Part shown: one piece after another, positions 25,507 through 34,260 of the stretch | How the letters are laid out: each line of letters begins with the position of its first letter | How positions within the stretch are numbered: the stretch's first letter is position 1 | Source of the DNA: a virus | Lineage: Duplodnaviria; Caudoviricetes | Length of the DNA: 36,040 bases | Strand: one strand, 5' to 3' | IMG/VR virus record: IMGVR_UViG_3300012347_000020 | Location: 1 to 36,040 of that record | Translations under genes and position numbers: made by a program | Notes under the pieces: model-generated | Database searches by the model: none | What the model was told of the DNA's origin: nothing | Seen by the model: only the letters and a program-made list of their open reading frames with translations

Positions 25507-26285
25507 GTGTTGAGTTCCTTGAGTTCGGCTTCAATGGCTTGCAGTAATTTTCTTGGGTAAAGCCAGAACTCATCACAAAGTTTCACCAGCTTCTCATCCG
25601 TCAGCCCAACCCAAGGCCGCTGTGCTGCGGGTGGGGTGGCCCCGTAGTATTCCCGGGCCACTTTCGTGGCTGGGTTGTTCGGATCTGACAGATCCTCTGT
25701 TGCGCACTTAATTGCGTACTGAGCAAGGGCTTTCTGCTGTGCCTCCCAATCCTCGTCTCCAATGATCGGCGCAGCGGGTGCTGCATAAATCTTGTCGCCA
25801 ACTTTTGCGTTGACGACATATCCGGGCTTCCATGCAATCCTCTTGGGGTCGCTATCTCTGCTGCGACTCCCCACCCATTCGCCAACATGCTCTCGCATCA
25901 CAGGTGCTGGCTGTGCTTCGGTATAACGATTCGTTAGACCGCTATCCGATGGCACAGGTGCTGCGGGTTTGTAATGGCACAGCCCTGTGCTGCAAATAAA
26001 CTCTTGTGCGGGTGGGTTGAACATGACCTCGACCTTGGCGGTCTGGTCACGTTCACAGTAAACAGACACCGTGTTGTCTTTGTCGATGGCGAGATCAGCC
26101 ACAACCATATCGGGGCCCCATGAGGTTTTGACAGGGGCTTGATGCCACTTCCACGCCACAGGCTGCACAGGTGCTGCAAGGGCTTGCTTGAATATCTCGT
26201 CAACCCGTCTGGCAAACGATGTGCGCTCCATGCAGTACTCGGCCATCAAGTCATCCAGCGCCAGCTTCAATGCTTCTTTGCTCAT
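25503..26285 (-). CDS. mosaic hypothetical protein (QPVAW ... WVGLTD modules)
   Basis: 260 aa with PAAP linkers between short modules. Confidence 0.7.
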   Translation of the reverse strand: MSKEALKLALDDLMAEYCMERTSFARRVDEIFKQALAAPVQPVAWKWHQAPVKTSWGPDMVVADLAIDKDNTVSVYCERDQTAKVEVMFNPPAQEFICSTGLCHYKPAAPVPSDSGLTNRYTEAQPAPVMREHVGEWVGSRSRDSDPKRIAWKPGYVVNAKVGDKIYAAPAAPIIGDEDWEAQQKALAQYAIKCATEDLSDPNNPATKVAREYYGATPPAAQRPWVGLTDEKLVKLCDEFWLYPRKLLQAIEAELKELNT

Positions 26286-26515
26286 AATCCCAGCTCCTTC
26301 AATGCAGCTTGCAGTCCGGCCAAGCCGCCCACGCGCTGACCACCGATAAAAATCTGAGGCATCTGGCGGATGCCTTGGTGGGTCTGAATAAACGCCGCCA
26401 TCACTGTCGGGTCATCAACGCTGTACTCGGTGTAGCCGATGCCTTTGTCATCCAACAATCTTTTGGCAACGGTGCAGTTGGGGCAATTGCTTTTGGAGTA
26501 AATGACGATGTTCAT
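26282..26515 (-). CDS. glutaredoxin
   Basis: IYSKSNCPNC, PQIFIGG..VGG; ATG 26515 with AAGGA SD. Confidence 0.92.
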   Translation of the reverse strand: MNIVIYSKSNCPNCTVAKRLLDDKGIGYTEYSVDDPTVMAAFIQTHQGIRQMPQIFIGGQRVGGLAGLQAALKELGL

Positions 26516-26637
26516 TGCGGTTCCTTTAATGTTGTGAAAATGCTTTCCCCACATCGTTTGCACTCAAAGATGTAGTGATTTTGGGTGCGGTGCTTGATGG
26601 CTAAGTTGCTCGGCTCCCATCGGTGAAAACACTTCAT
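26512..26637 (-). CDS. 41-aa zinc-ribbon-like peptide
   Basis: MKCFHRW...FECKRCGE...; ATGA overlaps on both sides; read by hand. Confidence 0.6.
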   Translation of the reverse strand: MKCFHRWEPSNLAIKHRTQNHYIFECKRCGESIFTTLKEPQ

Positions 26638-26909
26638 GCCTGCCCCCTGGCCCGGATAGCGGCGGCGATTTGGTCAGCGCCGACAAAACGGTCGGCCACC
26701 TTTGCACACGCCTCACGCTCATCAGCACGGACAGAATCAATAAGACGTTGAAGCGATTCGGAAGACATCACGTATTCAACATCACAGTTCTTGTTTTGTT
26801 GCGCTCGTCCACCAGCCTCACGGGCCATATTTATTGTGCTGCGCACCTTGGGTATGCACCCATGCTTGAGGCAGTGCGCCACGGTCTCGCATTCATTGCA
26901 TGTAGTCAT
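26634..26909 (-). CDS. hypothetical protein (EREACAK...AAAIRARG module)
   Basis: ATG 26909 overlapping upstream stop; common phage C-terminal motif. Confidence 0.7.
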   Translation of the reverse strand: MTTCNECETVAHCLKHGCIPKVRSTINMAREAGGRAQQNKNCDVEYVMSSESLQRLIDSVRADEREACAKVADRFVGADQIAAAIRARGQA

Positions 26910-27061
26910 TTGGACACCTCGCGCATCTCCCAACCGAGAAGAAACATTGGCCAGCGAACTTGCAAGCCGGGGTTTAAGTACTTGCCTGTTGGCGACTTAG
27001 AAAAGTCATCATGTCCTTTGCCGCGCATCACGGCCTCAAACACTCGTTGCGCTTGGTTCAT
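26906..27061 (-). CDS. 51-aa hypothetical protein
   Basis: MNQAQRVFEAVMRGKG...RWPMFLLGWEMREVSK*; GAGGT SD; ATGA overlaps; read by hand. Confidence 0.65.
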   Translation of the reverse strand: MNQAQRVFEAVMRGKGHDDFSKSPTGKYLNPGLQVRWPMFLLGWEMREVSK

Positions 27062-27264
27062 GACTGCACCTCGTCCATTGTTTTCTTGAGAAACCAGCTA
27101 AGTCGTGCGATCTTGCCCTTGTGAAACTCAACCATTGCAGCAGCGTACTCATGCGCCGTGTGCGCAGCGAGTAACTCGCGCCGGGACTCCTCAAGCTCCC
27201 GTAGCGCAATGGACTCGGGACTCGGTGGCGCGTACAGCGACTGGACAATTTGAACTAACTTCAT
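27058..27264 (-). CDS. 68-aa helical hypothetical protein
   Basis: GGAG SD; coiled-coil-like RELEE.RRELL. Confidence 0.7.
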   Translation of the reverse strand: MKLVQIVQSLYAPPSPESIALRELEESRRELLAAHTAHEYAAAMVEFHKGKIARLSWFLKKTMDEVQS

Positions 27265-27300
27265 GACATTTACTCCGGTTGTTGGTGTGACACAAGTGTA

Positions 27301-27606
27301 TCACGCTTCTTTGACAAATACACCTTCTTTTGTCAAATGTCCCTTGCGATCCTTGATTTCGTTGTACGCACCCTTGAGGCACTGAGTCAAGTCGATGTCC
27401 ATCACAGCGCACACCATGATCAAGGTGACCACGATGTCGCCCACAGCATCCTTAATTTCGCCAGGGTTCTTCTTGTTGATGGCGTCAAGCAGCTCAGTGG
27501 TTTCCTCCATCGTCTTGATGGCCTGCGACATCGCTGTGGCGTTTTGCACAATGCCACGGGCCTCGCCCCACTGCACCACTTTCATCTCGTATTCTGCGTA
27601 ACTCAT
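27301..27606 (-). CDS. MazG-like NTP pyrophosphohydrolase
   Basis: K..EE..EL...IKDAVGD, AYNEIKDRKG motifs. Confidence 0.85.
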   Translation of the reverse strand: MSYAEYEMKVVQWGEARGIVQNATAMSQAIKTMEETTELLDAINKKNPGEIKDAVGDIVVTLIMVCAVMDIDLTQCLKGAYNEIKDRKGHLTKEGVFVKEA

Positions 27607-27607
27607 T

Positions 27608-29014
27608 TCAATGTCCTTTTGATTGTCGATATTCTTTGATTGCCTTGCGCAACCCTGCCTCAGTTGATGCCTTGTCGTCCAGCGCCAAAGCCTGTGCTTG
27701 GTCCAAGGTGGCTTGGCACAAGATGCGGTGACAGATCACCGGCACCCCTTGACCCTGGCGGCGCACCCGGGCGTTGAACTGAGCGTAAAGGTCGAGTGAC
27801 CAGTTGAGGCCGAACCACACAAGGATGTGCCCATTGGCCTGCAACCCGTCAATCCCGTGACCCATGCTTGCAGGGTGCCCAATCATCAAGGAGCAGTCGC
27901 CAGTCTTCCAGCGGTGCATGGCGTTGGTCAACGATGCCTCGCTCTTGCAGTCGGTCAGATTGATCGGGTCCAAGTGCTTGAACCTCTCCATGATCCTGGC
28001 GGCATCCGACCTGTAGGCATACGAGCACAGGATCGGTGACCCGTTGGCCTCGTCAATGATGTCCTCAAGAGCGTCCAGCTTCAGGTCATGCACTGGCTCC
28101 CACAGCGGCATCCCTGGCACTGGGTACATTGCGCCGTTGCTGAATTGCAAGCACTTGTTGGTCAGCGATGCTTGGTTGAACGCCTCCACCGTGGTACCAC
28201 TGTCAAGAGTCAGGAAGAACTCTTTCTCCATCCTCTCGTACATGGCCCGCAGGGTGTCGGGCATCTCGATCTCAATGTTGTTGACCATGAGGTCGGGCAG
28301 CGGGTTGTAGTCCTCTGCCGACATCTCAAGCGTGATGTCCCCGATCAGCTTCTTGATTGTGTCCTCGGTGTCCTCGTAGGGAATCTCTTTGTACGGACCT
28401 GCCTTGCGGTAGAACCGGGTGCGGAACGCTGTCTTGCTGGTGCCCAGGCGCTCACCCCTGTCCACCACAAGGAACTGACCATGCAGGTCTTTGTACCCGT
28501 TGGAGGCCGGGGTGCCTGTGAGGCCCGTGGTCCAGTCGAACTTGTCAGCGATCTTGCGAAACGCTTTGACCCGGTTCGTGGCGCTGTTCTTCATCTTGCT
28601 GATCTCATCCCACACGATGCCGTTGAAGGGCATCGGGCGATCCTTCTTGACGAAGTAGGTCTGAAGCGTCTCAGAAAGCCAGCCGAGGTTCTCATAATTG
28701 ATCATCCAGACGTCAGCGGGGCGCAGCAGGGCGCGGGTGCGCTGGTCCTTGGTGCCCGTGATCATGCTGAACTTGAGGTGTCCTGTGTGCTGCCACTTCG
28801 CAGCTTCTTGACGCCAGACCAGACGGATGACTCGGATGGGGGCCACGATGATCACGCCGCGCAGGAACTGGGTGCGGATTAGGTGGGCCAGACTGGTCAG
28901 TGTGATCACGGTCTTACCCAAGCCCATGTCCAGCCACAGCATCGAGTGGGGGTGGGTGCATTGAAAGTTGACAGCTTTTTGCTGGTAGCCGTGGAGTAAG
29001 TCAGGTGTCAGCAT
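27608..29014 (-). CDS. SNF2-like SF2 helicase
   Basis: DMGLGKT, WDEIS, LTGTP, GHGIDGLQ, Q.NARV.RQGQ. Confidence 0.93.
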   Translation of the reverse strand: MLTPDLLHGYQQKAVNFQCTHPHSMLWLDMGLGKTVITLTSLAHLIRTQFLRGVIIVAPIRVIRLVWRQEAAKWQHTGHLKFSMITGTKDQRTRALLRPADVWMINYENLGWLSETLQTYFVKKDRPMPFNGIVWDEISKMKNSATNRVKAFRKIADKFDWTTGLTGTPASNGYKDLHGQFLVVDRGERLGTSKTAFRTRFYRKAGPYKEIPYEDTEDTIKKLIGDITLEMSAEDYNPLPDLMVNNIEIEMPDTLRAMYERMEKEFFLTLDSGTTVEAFNQASLTNKCLQFSNGAMYPVPGMPLWEPVHDLKLDALEDIIDEANGSPILCSYAYRSDAARIMERFKHLDPINLTDCKSEASLTNAMHRWKTGDCSLMIGHPASMGHGIDGLQANGHILVWFGLNWSLDLYAQFNARVRRQGQGVPVICHRILCQATLDQAQALALDDKASTEAGLRKAIKEYRQSKGH

Positions 29015-29142
29015 ATACGTTCCTTCATTCCGCGCATCCAGCCGTGACGGAACCCGAGGCGCTCGTCCAAGGTGTCAAAGGGTGGGTTAGACAAGTCGTA
29101 ACGTCTTCCTGCGTCAACTCCTTGTTGATATGCGATCCCCAC
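29008..29142 (-). CDS. ribosome modulation factor (RMF)-like small ORF; start uncertain (GTG 29142 or ATG 29250)
   Basis: AYQQGVDAG...PFDTLDER..F..GW..GM..R follows the RMF residue pattern; stop overlaps helicase start. Confidence 0.45.
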   Translation of the reverse strand: MGIAYQQGVDAGRRYDLSNPPFDTLDERLGFRHGWMRGMKERIC

Positions 29143-29792
29143 TGCACCGCCATTGCTTGAGCAATCCCCAAGAAAGTCTCGCTCCTGATTTTCCAGCGAT
29201 CTGCACTCGGGCCTAGCTTGTTCTGACCCGATGGTGTTTGGTTTCCCCATATCATTCTCACTTTTTTGTCACCGTTGCAGTCAGGGCAACCGTATTTATC
29301 AAGGGCGTCTGACACCTCTTTGCCGCAGCAAACTCGCTTCGGTGCAACCATTTGAGTGGGTGTAAGAAGTGGCAGATTCTTGAGCCACAAGCATGTCTTC
29401 TTGCTTGCGTCATGACCATGCTCGTAAGGCTGAATGATTTGATCGGGCTTGCGGATTCGTGAACTAATCACGCTAATCGGATTCTCAATCGCAATCCGAG
29501 GAATCGGTGCATCCATGAGCAGTTGCACAAACGCCAGTGCGTCCTCTGTCAGTTGAGGGTCACGCAGACCACGGGTGGTCCAGTGCATCCCAGACACAGA
29601 CAGGTAGGTGCATGGTGGGTGGGCGATCATTAAGTCCCAGCCTTGGTCAAGGATGTCGGTCACATCACCCTGGTAGTGCAGACCCGGCGCGTCAGTCGGC
29701 AGCAGATCGCACGACATTGCAAAGTGTCCCATGCGGGTAAACGCATCACGCACCCTGCCGCTGTATTCGCACGCAACAAGAACTTTCAGCAT
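29025..29792 (-). CDS. phage C5-cytosine DNA methyltransferase-like protein
   Basis: VLVACEYSG (motif I variant), AHPPCT (motif IV), IENP (motif VI), KKTCLW. Confidence 0.7.
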   Translation of the reverse strand: MLKVLVACEYSGRVRDAFTRMGHFAMSCDLLPTDAPGLHYQGDVTDILDQGWDLMIAHPPCTYLSVSGMHWTTRGLRDPQLTEDALAFVQLLMDAPIPRIAIENPISVISSRIRKPDQIIQPYEHGHDASKKTCLWLKNLPLLTPTQMVAPKRVCCGKEVSDALDKYGCPDCNGDKKVRMIWGNQTPSGQNKLGPSADRWKIRSETFLGIAQAMAVQWGSHINKELTQEDVTTCLTHPLTPWTSASGSVTAGCAE

Positions 29793-30070
29793 CCCATCAC
29801 CATCACGTCAATCATCAGCTTACCCTCGGGCACGTTGTCAATCACAAACACGTTGACCATCTGCTGCCTGAGCTTGTCGTGTTCACGGTACTGCGCTGGC
29901 GTGGGCACCTGACCTTCGCGCTTGAACTCGCAGAACCACATGCGCCCATCGGGTCCGATGAACAGACGATCGGGTACAGCGGCACGGGCTGGACTGGTGA
30001 ACTTGTACGCCAGCACACCCTTGGACTTGGCGTAGTCGCAGACCTTGGCTTCAATTTGTTTTTCCAGCAT
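29786..30070 (-). CDS. VRR-NUC nuclease (putative resolvase)
   Basis: MLEKQIE, VPDR, CEFK..G....Q PD-(D/E)XK motifs. Confidence 0.9.
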   Translation of the reverse strand: MLEKQIEAKVCDYAKSKGVLAYKFTSPARAAVPDRLFIGPDGRMWFCEFKREGQVPTPAQYREHDKLRQQMVNVFVIDNVPEGKLMIDVMVMGC

Positions 30071-30275
30071 TGCGTGTCTCCAGTTCAATCAGCAATTCGA
30101 TGTAGTGTTTGGCCTTCTCAAGATCAGCGATGCCGTTCTTCTTGCGCCAACGGGATACGTACTTGATCACGTTACCCTCAAAGTACCCAATTGCGTTAGC
30201 GTGGATGTACTCAACAGGCTGGATCGCTTGGTCTTTGTAGTGGTCACCTGCGACTTGTTTGTCCAATGCGTTCAT
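30051..30275 (-). CDS. DUF3310 protein
   Basis: HY...IQP.E...GNVIKYV.R...KNG..DL.KA..Y. Confidence 0.88.
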   Translation of the reverse strand: MNALDKQVAGDHYKDQAIQPVEYIHANAIGYFEGNVIKYVSRWRKKNGIADLEKAKHYIELLIELETRNAGKTN

Positions 30276-32128
30276 TTCAAACTGAGGCAGAGTTTCTCTA
30301 CCTCCCTCACGTAGTAGTCAAAATCAACTGGCAGCTTGCCAGCATCCCGGATGTCGTTGCAGGGCTGCACGCCCCACCCCGACTCAACGCCAATCTTGCG
30401 CCACACCTCGGGCTTGGCCTTCAGGGGCGGCATCCATTTAAAGAGGCGACCACCACCTTGGGCGATGTAGTACCGCGTGGTGTTCTGAAGCTGTGATGCC
30501 ACACCATCGTGTTCGATTGCCAGATAGCTGGAGCGCGGCACCTTGGTGCGCAGCATGAAGTCCATGATGTCGGGCCACTGCTCCACGGTCTCGCGGATCG
30601 GGGCACCGTCAACCAGCACCTTCTCAGCCACCTTGGCGATGACCAGAGCACCGTGGTTCTGGTGCCACTCCATGTCGTACTCGTAGGCACCTTTGCGCTT
30701 GGTGCTGCCGTTCTCAAACACGCCAATGTAGTTGTTGACATCGCGGATCATCATGGTTTTGTACCGGGCGTGCTCCAATGACAACTGTGTTGCGTCCTGC
30801 CACCACTTGCATACATCATTGGCCGACTCAATGTAGTCAGGGTGAACGATGTACTCAAGGCCGTCAGTATTCGCCATCACAATTCGGACGGTGGGTACTG
30901 TCATCAGTTTTTCAGCCAATAAGCACAGCAGCAGTTGACCGTTGAGCGTGATGCTCATGGTGAACAGAGGATCGTAGAACACGCTGAACCGACTGTTGCT
31001 GTCACCGTACACACCGTTGAGCGCCAGCTTCAGCATCGCTGATTCGGCTGACTTCTTGGGGTATGTTTTGCGCTGTTCAAACAGGTGCTGGTAGATGGAG
31101 CAGAATGTCTTGCCGAGGTGTTGCGGGTAGAACCCATTCTTGATTGCAAGGTTGGGGTAATACGATGTGACGTCCCACGACTCTATGACGTAATCATCAC
31201 CAGATTCTAAAATTTCTGATTCAACGCTTCCATGAATTCCACCAAGGCCAAAAACGAAAGTAAAGCCATTGACAGTAGCAGTAACGTCATCAAAAACTCC
31301 TTTGGTTTCGGTGATTGACTGGTCCTTGAGCCAGTTCATCACCCTGGTGAACTCGGGATGCTCAAACTCGATCCACGGCAGTATGGCGTCCTTGAGATGA
31401 ATCACGGGGCGCGGGGTCTGCCTAGGTGTGCGGCCATTGGGGCCGAAGTCGTAACAGGCAACACCGGCTTCTTCCAGCTTCATGACAAAGTAGTCCTTGC
31501 CGATCTTGGTGTCGTTGTGGTTCATGAAGTCGCGGTTGTACTTGTGCGTGAGTTCTTCACGAAACCGGATCATGCCCAAGGTGTGGTGGTAGAACGCCTT
31601 GGTCTGCGCCACATCGTGCGCGTTGTACTTCTTGAGCACTTGAATTTGTTCAGGGTTCAAGAAGGTGCCGACCTTGAACGGCAGGTCTTCAATGTTGTCC
31701 GATCGCATGTTGAACTCAAGCACCTTGAGACTGGTGGACCGGGCGCGGTTGTCGAAGTGGTGAATTTTGAACAGGTCGATCTGCTCAACGAATCGATCAC
31801 TCGGGTTAACTTGGTGCATCCATTTGCCACCCTCATCATCGTCTTGGGTGTTGATGATCGCCATTGCCTTGTCGTACAGGGCGCGGGAATCGCTGTAACC
31901 CATGCGGATCAGGGTGTGCAGGACGGGGTAGTCAAACCCGAGGTTGTTGAACCCGATCATCCTAGCGTTGGTGTCCTTGAGATACCCCAGGAACTCAATG
32001 ATCTCCTTGGAGTCATTGCGCCAGCCGCTGATCTCAAAGGACCAGCGCAGCGGGGCGTCTGCGTGTTCTACCGCCAGCGTGAAGACGTTGGGATAGGTTT
32101 CCACATCGAAGACATAATCATTACTCAT
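30272..32128 (-). CDS. family-B-like DNA polymerase with 3'-5' exonuclease
   Basis: Exo FDVETY, GFNN..FDY, YN.HDV; Pol DVTSYYPN, KLALNGVYG, NTDG; likely start ATG 32128. Confidence 0.88.
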   Translation of the reverse strand: MSNDYVFDVETYPNVFTLAVEHADAPLRWSFEISGWRNDSKEIIEFLGYLKDTNARMIGFNNLGFDYPVLHTLIRMGYSDSRALYDKAMAIINTQDDDEGGKWMHQVNPSDRFVEQIDLFKIHHFDNRARSTSLKVLEFNMRSDNIEDLPFKVGTFLNPEQIQVLKKYNAHDVAQTKAFYHHTLGMIRFREELTHKYNRDFMNHNDTKIGKDYFVMKLEEAGVACYDFGPNGRTPRQTPRPVIHLKDAILPWIEFEHPEFTRVMNWLKDQSITETKGVFDDVTATVNGFTFVFGLGGIHGSVESEILESGDDYVIESWDVTSYYPNLAIKNGFYPQHLGKTFCSIYQHLFEQRKTYPKKSAESAMLKLALNGVYGDSNSRFSVFYDPLFTMSITLNGQLLLCLLAEKLMTVPTVRIVMANTDGLEYIVHPDYIESANDVCKWWQDATQLSLEHARYKTMMIRDVNNYIGVFENGSTKRKGAYEYDMEWHQNHGALVIAKVAEKVLVDGAPIRETVEQWPDIMDFMLRTKVPRSSYLAIEHDGVASQLQNTTRYYIAQGGGRLFKWMPPLKAKPEVWRKIGVESGWGVQPCNDIRDAGKLPVDFDYYVREVEKLCLSLK

Positions 32129-32146
32129 TACGGTTACCAAGTTAGG

Positions 32147-32244
32147 TGGGGTGATGCTGCTAGTTCCTCGTTTCCATCTTGCGATGTGCTGTCCCACAGC
32201 TCCTCATTTAACTTGCAGCCTCGGTATGCAAGCACATCACCCCA
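32147..32244 (-). ncRNA. candidate multi-stem structured RNA in polymerase leader
   Basis: 10-bp closing stem UGGGGUGAUG/CAUCACCCCA enclosing three hairpins, one with a GCAA tetraloop. Confidence 0.5.
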
Positions 32245-32250
32245 ATTCAA

Positions 32251-32946
32251 TTACGCCAAGAACGATGGCAGGCCTGTGGGTGCGCCAAACGGTGCGGCAG
32301 GCATCGGGTTGGCACCAAAAGGTGCGCCTTGTGCAGCCACAGCACCAAACCCAGCAGGAGCGCCGGCCACAGCGCCGAACAGGTTTGATGCGTCCACAGC
32401 ATCCTCGCCAAAAGCAGTGTCATCACCGGCAAACTGGACAGCGATCAAGTCGCAGCGGATGCCACGGCCATGCTTGTTGTCCTGCGGCCAAGGCTTGATA
32501 GCGGCATTGACACGGCAGCCGCCGTACATCTTGCGGGCCAGTTGCTGATAGGCCATCGTGTTGCTTGGGTCGATGGGTTGACCGTCAGCTTGGATCATCT
32601 GCGGCGCAATGTCGCGACCTGCGGTGATGAACACATGACCAGCGTAGCCGTCATACGGCTGGAAGGTCTTCTTGTTGATCTTCTCCTCGCCACGACCAAA
32701 GCAACGGGTCTTGCGATCATTCTGGATCATGCCCATGACGGTCTGGGCGTGCTCTTTCCACTTCTCCAGTGCCAGAGCACCGTAACGGGCCATGAACTGC
32801 TGGAACCCGGCGTGGTCCTGGGGCATGATGAACTCGCAGTTGTAGGAGATGCGCTCCTTACCGGTCTGCTCATTGATCTGCTTCTGGGGTTCAGCGAGGT
32901 GCGGGAACGAGAGTCGGACATTCGACAGGAAAACGATTTCGGACAT
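32251..32946 (-). CDS. DUF2815 (Enc34/APSE-like) ssDNA-binding protein
   Basis: NVRLSFP.L..P, YGGC.V, L.AVQF..D...FG motifs. Confidence 0.88.
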   Translation of the reverse strand: MSEIVFLSNVRLSFPHLAEPQKQINEQTGKERISYNCEFIMPQDHAGFQQFMARYGALALEKWKEHAQTVMGMIQNDRKTRCFGRGEEKINKKTFQPYDGYAGHVFITAGRDIAPQMIQADGQPIDPSNTMAYQQLARKMYGGCRVNAAIKPWPQDNKHGRGIRCDLIAVQFAGDDTAFGEDAVDASNLFGAVAGAPAGFGAVAAQGAPFGANPMPAAPFGAPTGLPSFLA

Positions 32947-32964
32947 AACAATTACCTTTCAGGT

Positions 32965-34260
32965 TTACAAAAGCCACGAGGGCAGGGACTCGGCAGCGGG
33001 GGCTGCCTCTACTGCGCTGAACAGCGGCGCAGCATTGGTGACGACAGCGGGTCGGCTGTCAGATTCGTGAGCCACGGTCAGTTTACCGGCCATCTTGACC
33101 ACGTATTCTTGCTCCATGCGCTTGAGTTGTCGCTCGGTCAGTTGCACCGCTGTGCCGTCACGTTTGGTCCATGTGAGCTTTTCCGCTTTGGCTGGGGTAA
33201 CGAGTTTGGTCTCGTAGACAGCGCCCTTGGGGATGCCCATCTTTACGAGCTTCTCGGCCATCTCCTCCTCGGGTAGCGCCCAAGCACGGGAGCCACGACC
33301 ATTGACCAGTTTGAGACCAGGGATAATTTGACCCGCCTGCATACGGCGCAGTGCTTCCTTCTCCACACCTTCGAGGAGTTGACGCATCAGGGGGGCGGCT
33401 TCCATGATCTGAGCGATCTGGGCATCATCCATCGCGGATGGGTCTTTGTCTGCACTTTGTTGTGCAACATCGAGCGTTTGGGTTACAACAGGCTGGAACA
33501 TGATTCCGACCTCCTTCATTACGTTGTTCGCCAGTGCAGAGCATGAACCCTTGGCACGGCAAAATTTACATTGACTTTCGCCCGGTACAAGCGGCGCATC
33601 TGGTCGATCAGTCGCGGCAGCTTGAGCCACGATTGTACCGATTGTCGCCATCAAGTGACGCACAGGCACCTCATAAGAAGTGATCGGCGGCATCCCGCGC
33701 AGCGCCAGCTTGGGCTGGATGATCGTCATGCGAACGGTGCTGAACGGATAGGTGACGTTGTGGGGCAGCTTGTATCCGGCCAGCACACCGTAGGCGTACT
33801 GCTCAAGCTGCAAGTTACCCTCGGCGCTCACTACCCCCATGCCGTCCTTGTAGTCGATCAACTCAAGGGTGTCGTCACCAATGATCTGAAGGTCCACCGT
33901 ACCTGACATGTCTTTGCGACCCAGCAGGAACTCAGGGTCCACCTTGGTTTCGCTGATTATTTGAAATCCAAGATTTTTAATCTGGTGGACGTAATCAAAT
34001 GCAACCTTGACACGTTCAGCACGGTCCTTGTCAACATGGAACGAGCCTTCATGATCGGTCATCAATTGACCCACCATAGACAGCGGGTCAACGAACTGCT
34101 TGATGCAGTGCTCCAGCAACGTGTGCGAGTGTGTGCCGTCAACAGCGGCAGGACCGCTGCCGGTGTCGGGGTACTTGGCCTCCTCTCGAATGCTGCCGGG
34201 GCACAAGGCCCAGCGGCTACGCTTCGATGGGGACAGCTTGGCGTGATCGCTCATGATCAA
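32965..34260 (-). CDS. DUF2800 Cas4-like PD-(D/E)XK exonuclease
   Basis: HA.LSPS...RW..CPGS, GT..H, GT.D, IDYK.G, QL..YA, C.FC.....C. Confidence 0.9.
   Translation of the reverse strand: MIMSDHAKLSPSKRSRWALCPGSIREEAKYPDTGSGPAAVDGTHSHTLLEHCIKQFVDPLSMVGQLMTDHEGSFHVDKDRAERVKVAFDYVHQIKNLGFQIISETKVDPEFLLGRKDMSGTVDLQIIGDDTLELIDYKDGMGVVSAEGNLQLEQYAYGVLAGYKLPHNVTYPFSTVRMTIIQPKLALRGMPPITSYEVPVRHLMATIGTIVAQAAATDRPDAPLVPGESQCKFCRAKGSCSALANNVMKEVGIMFQPVVTQTLDVAQQSADKDPSAMDDAQIAQIMEAAPLMRQLLEGVEKEALRRMQAGQIIPGLKLVNGRGSRAWALPEEEMAEKLVKMGIPKGAVYETKLVTPAKAEKLTWTKRDGTAVQLTERQLKRMEQEYVVKMAGKLTVAHESDSRPAVVTNAAPLFSAVEAAPAAESLPSWLL

Noticed and set aside
32147-32244. tRNA or hammerhead ribozyme
   Set aside because: No T-loop, anticodon arm geometry or D-loop; lacks the CUGANGA core correctly placed relative to GAAA
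32965-34260. CRISPR adaptation system from the Cas4-like nuclease
   Set aside because: DUF2800 is a standard stand-alone phage replication-module nuclease; no cas1, cas2 or true array
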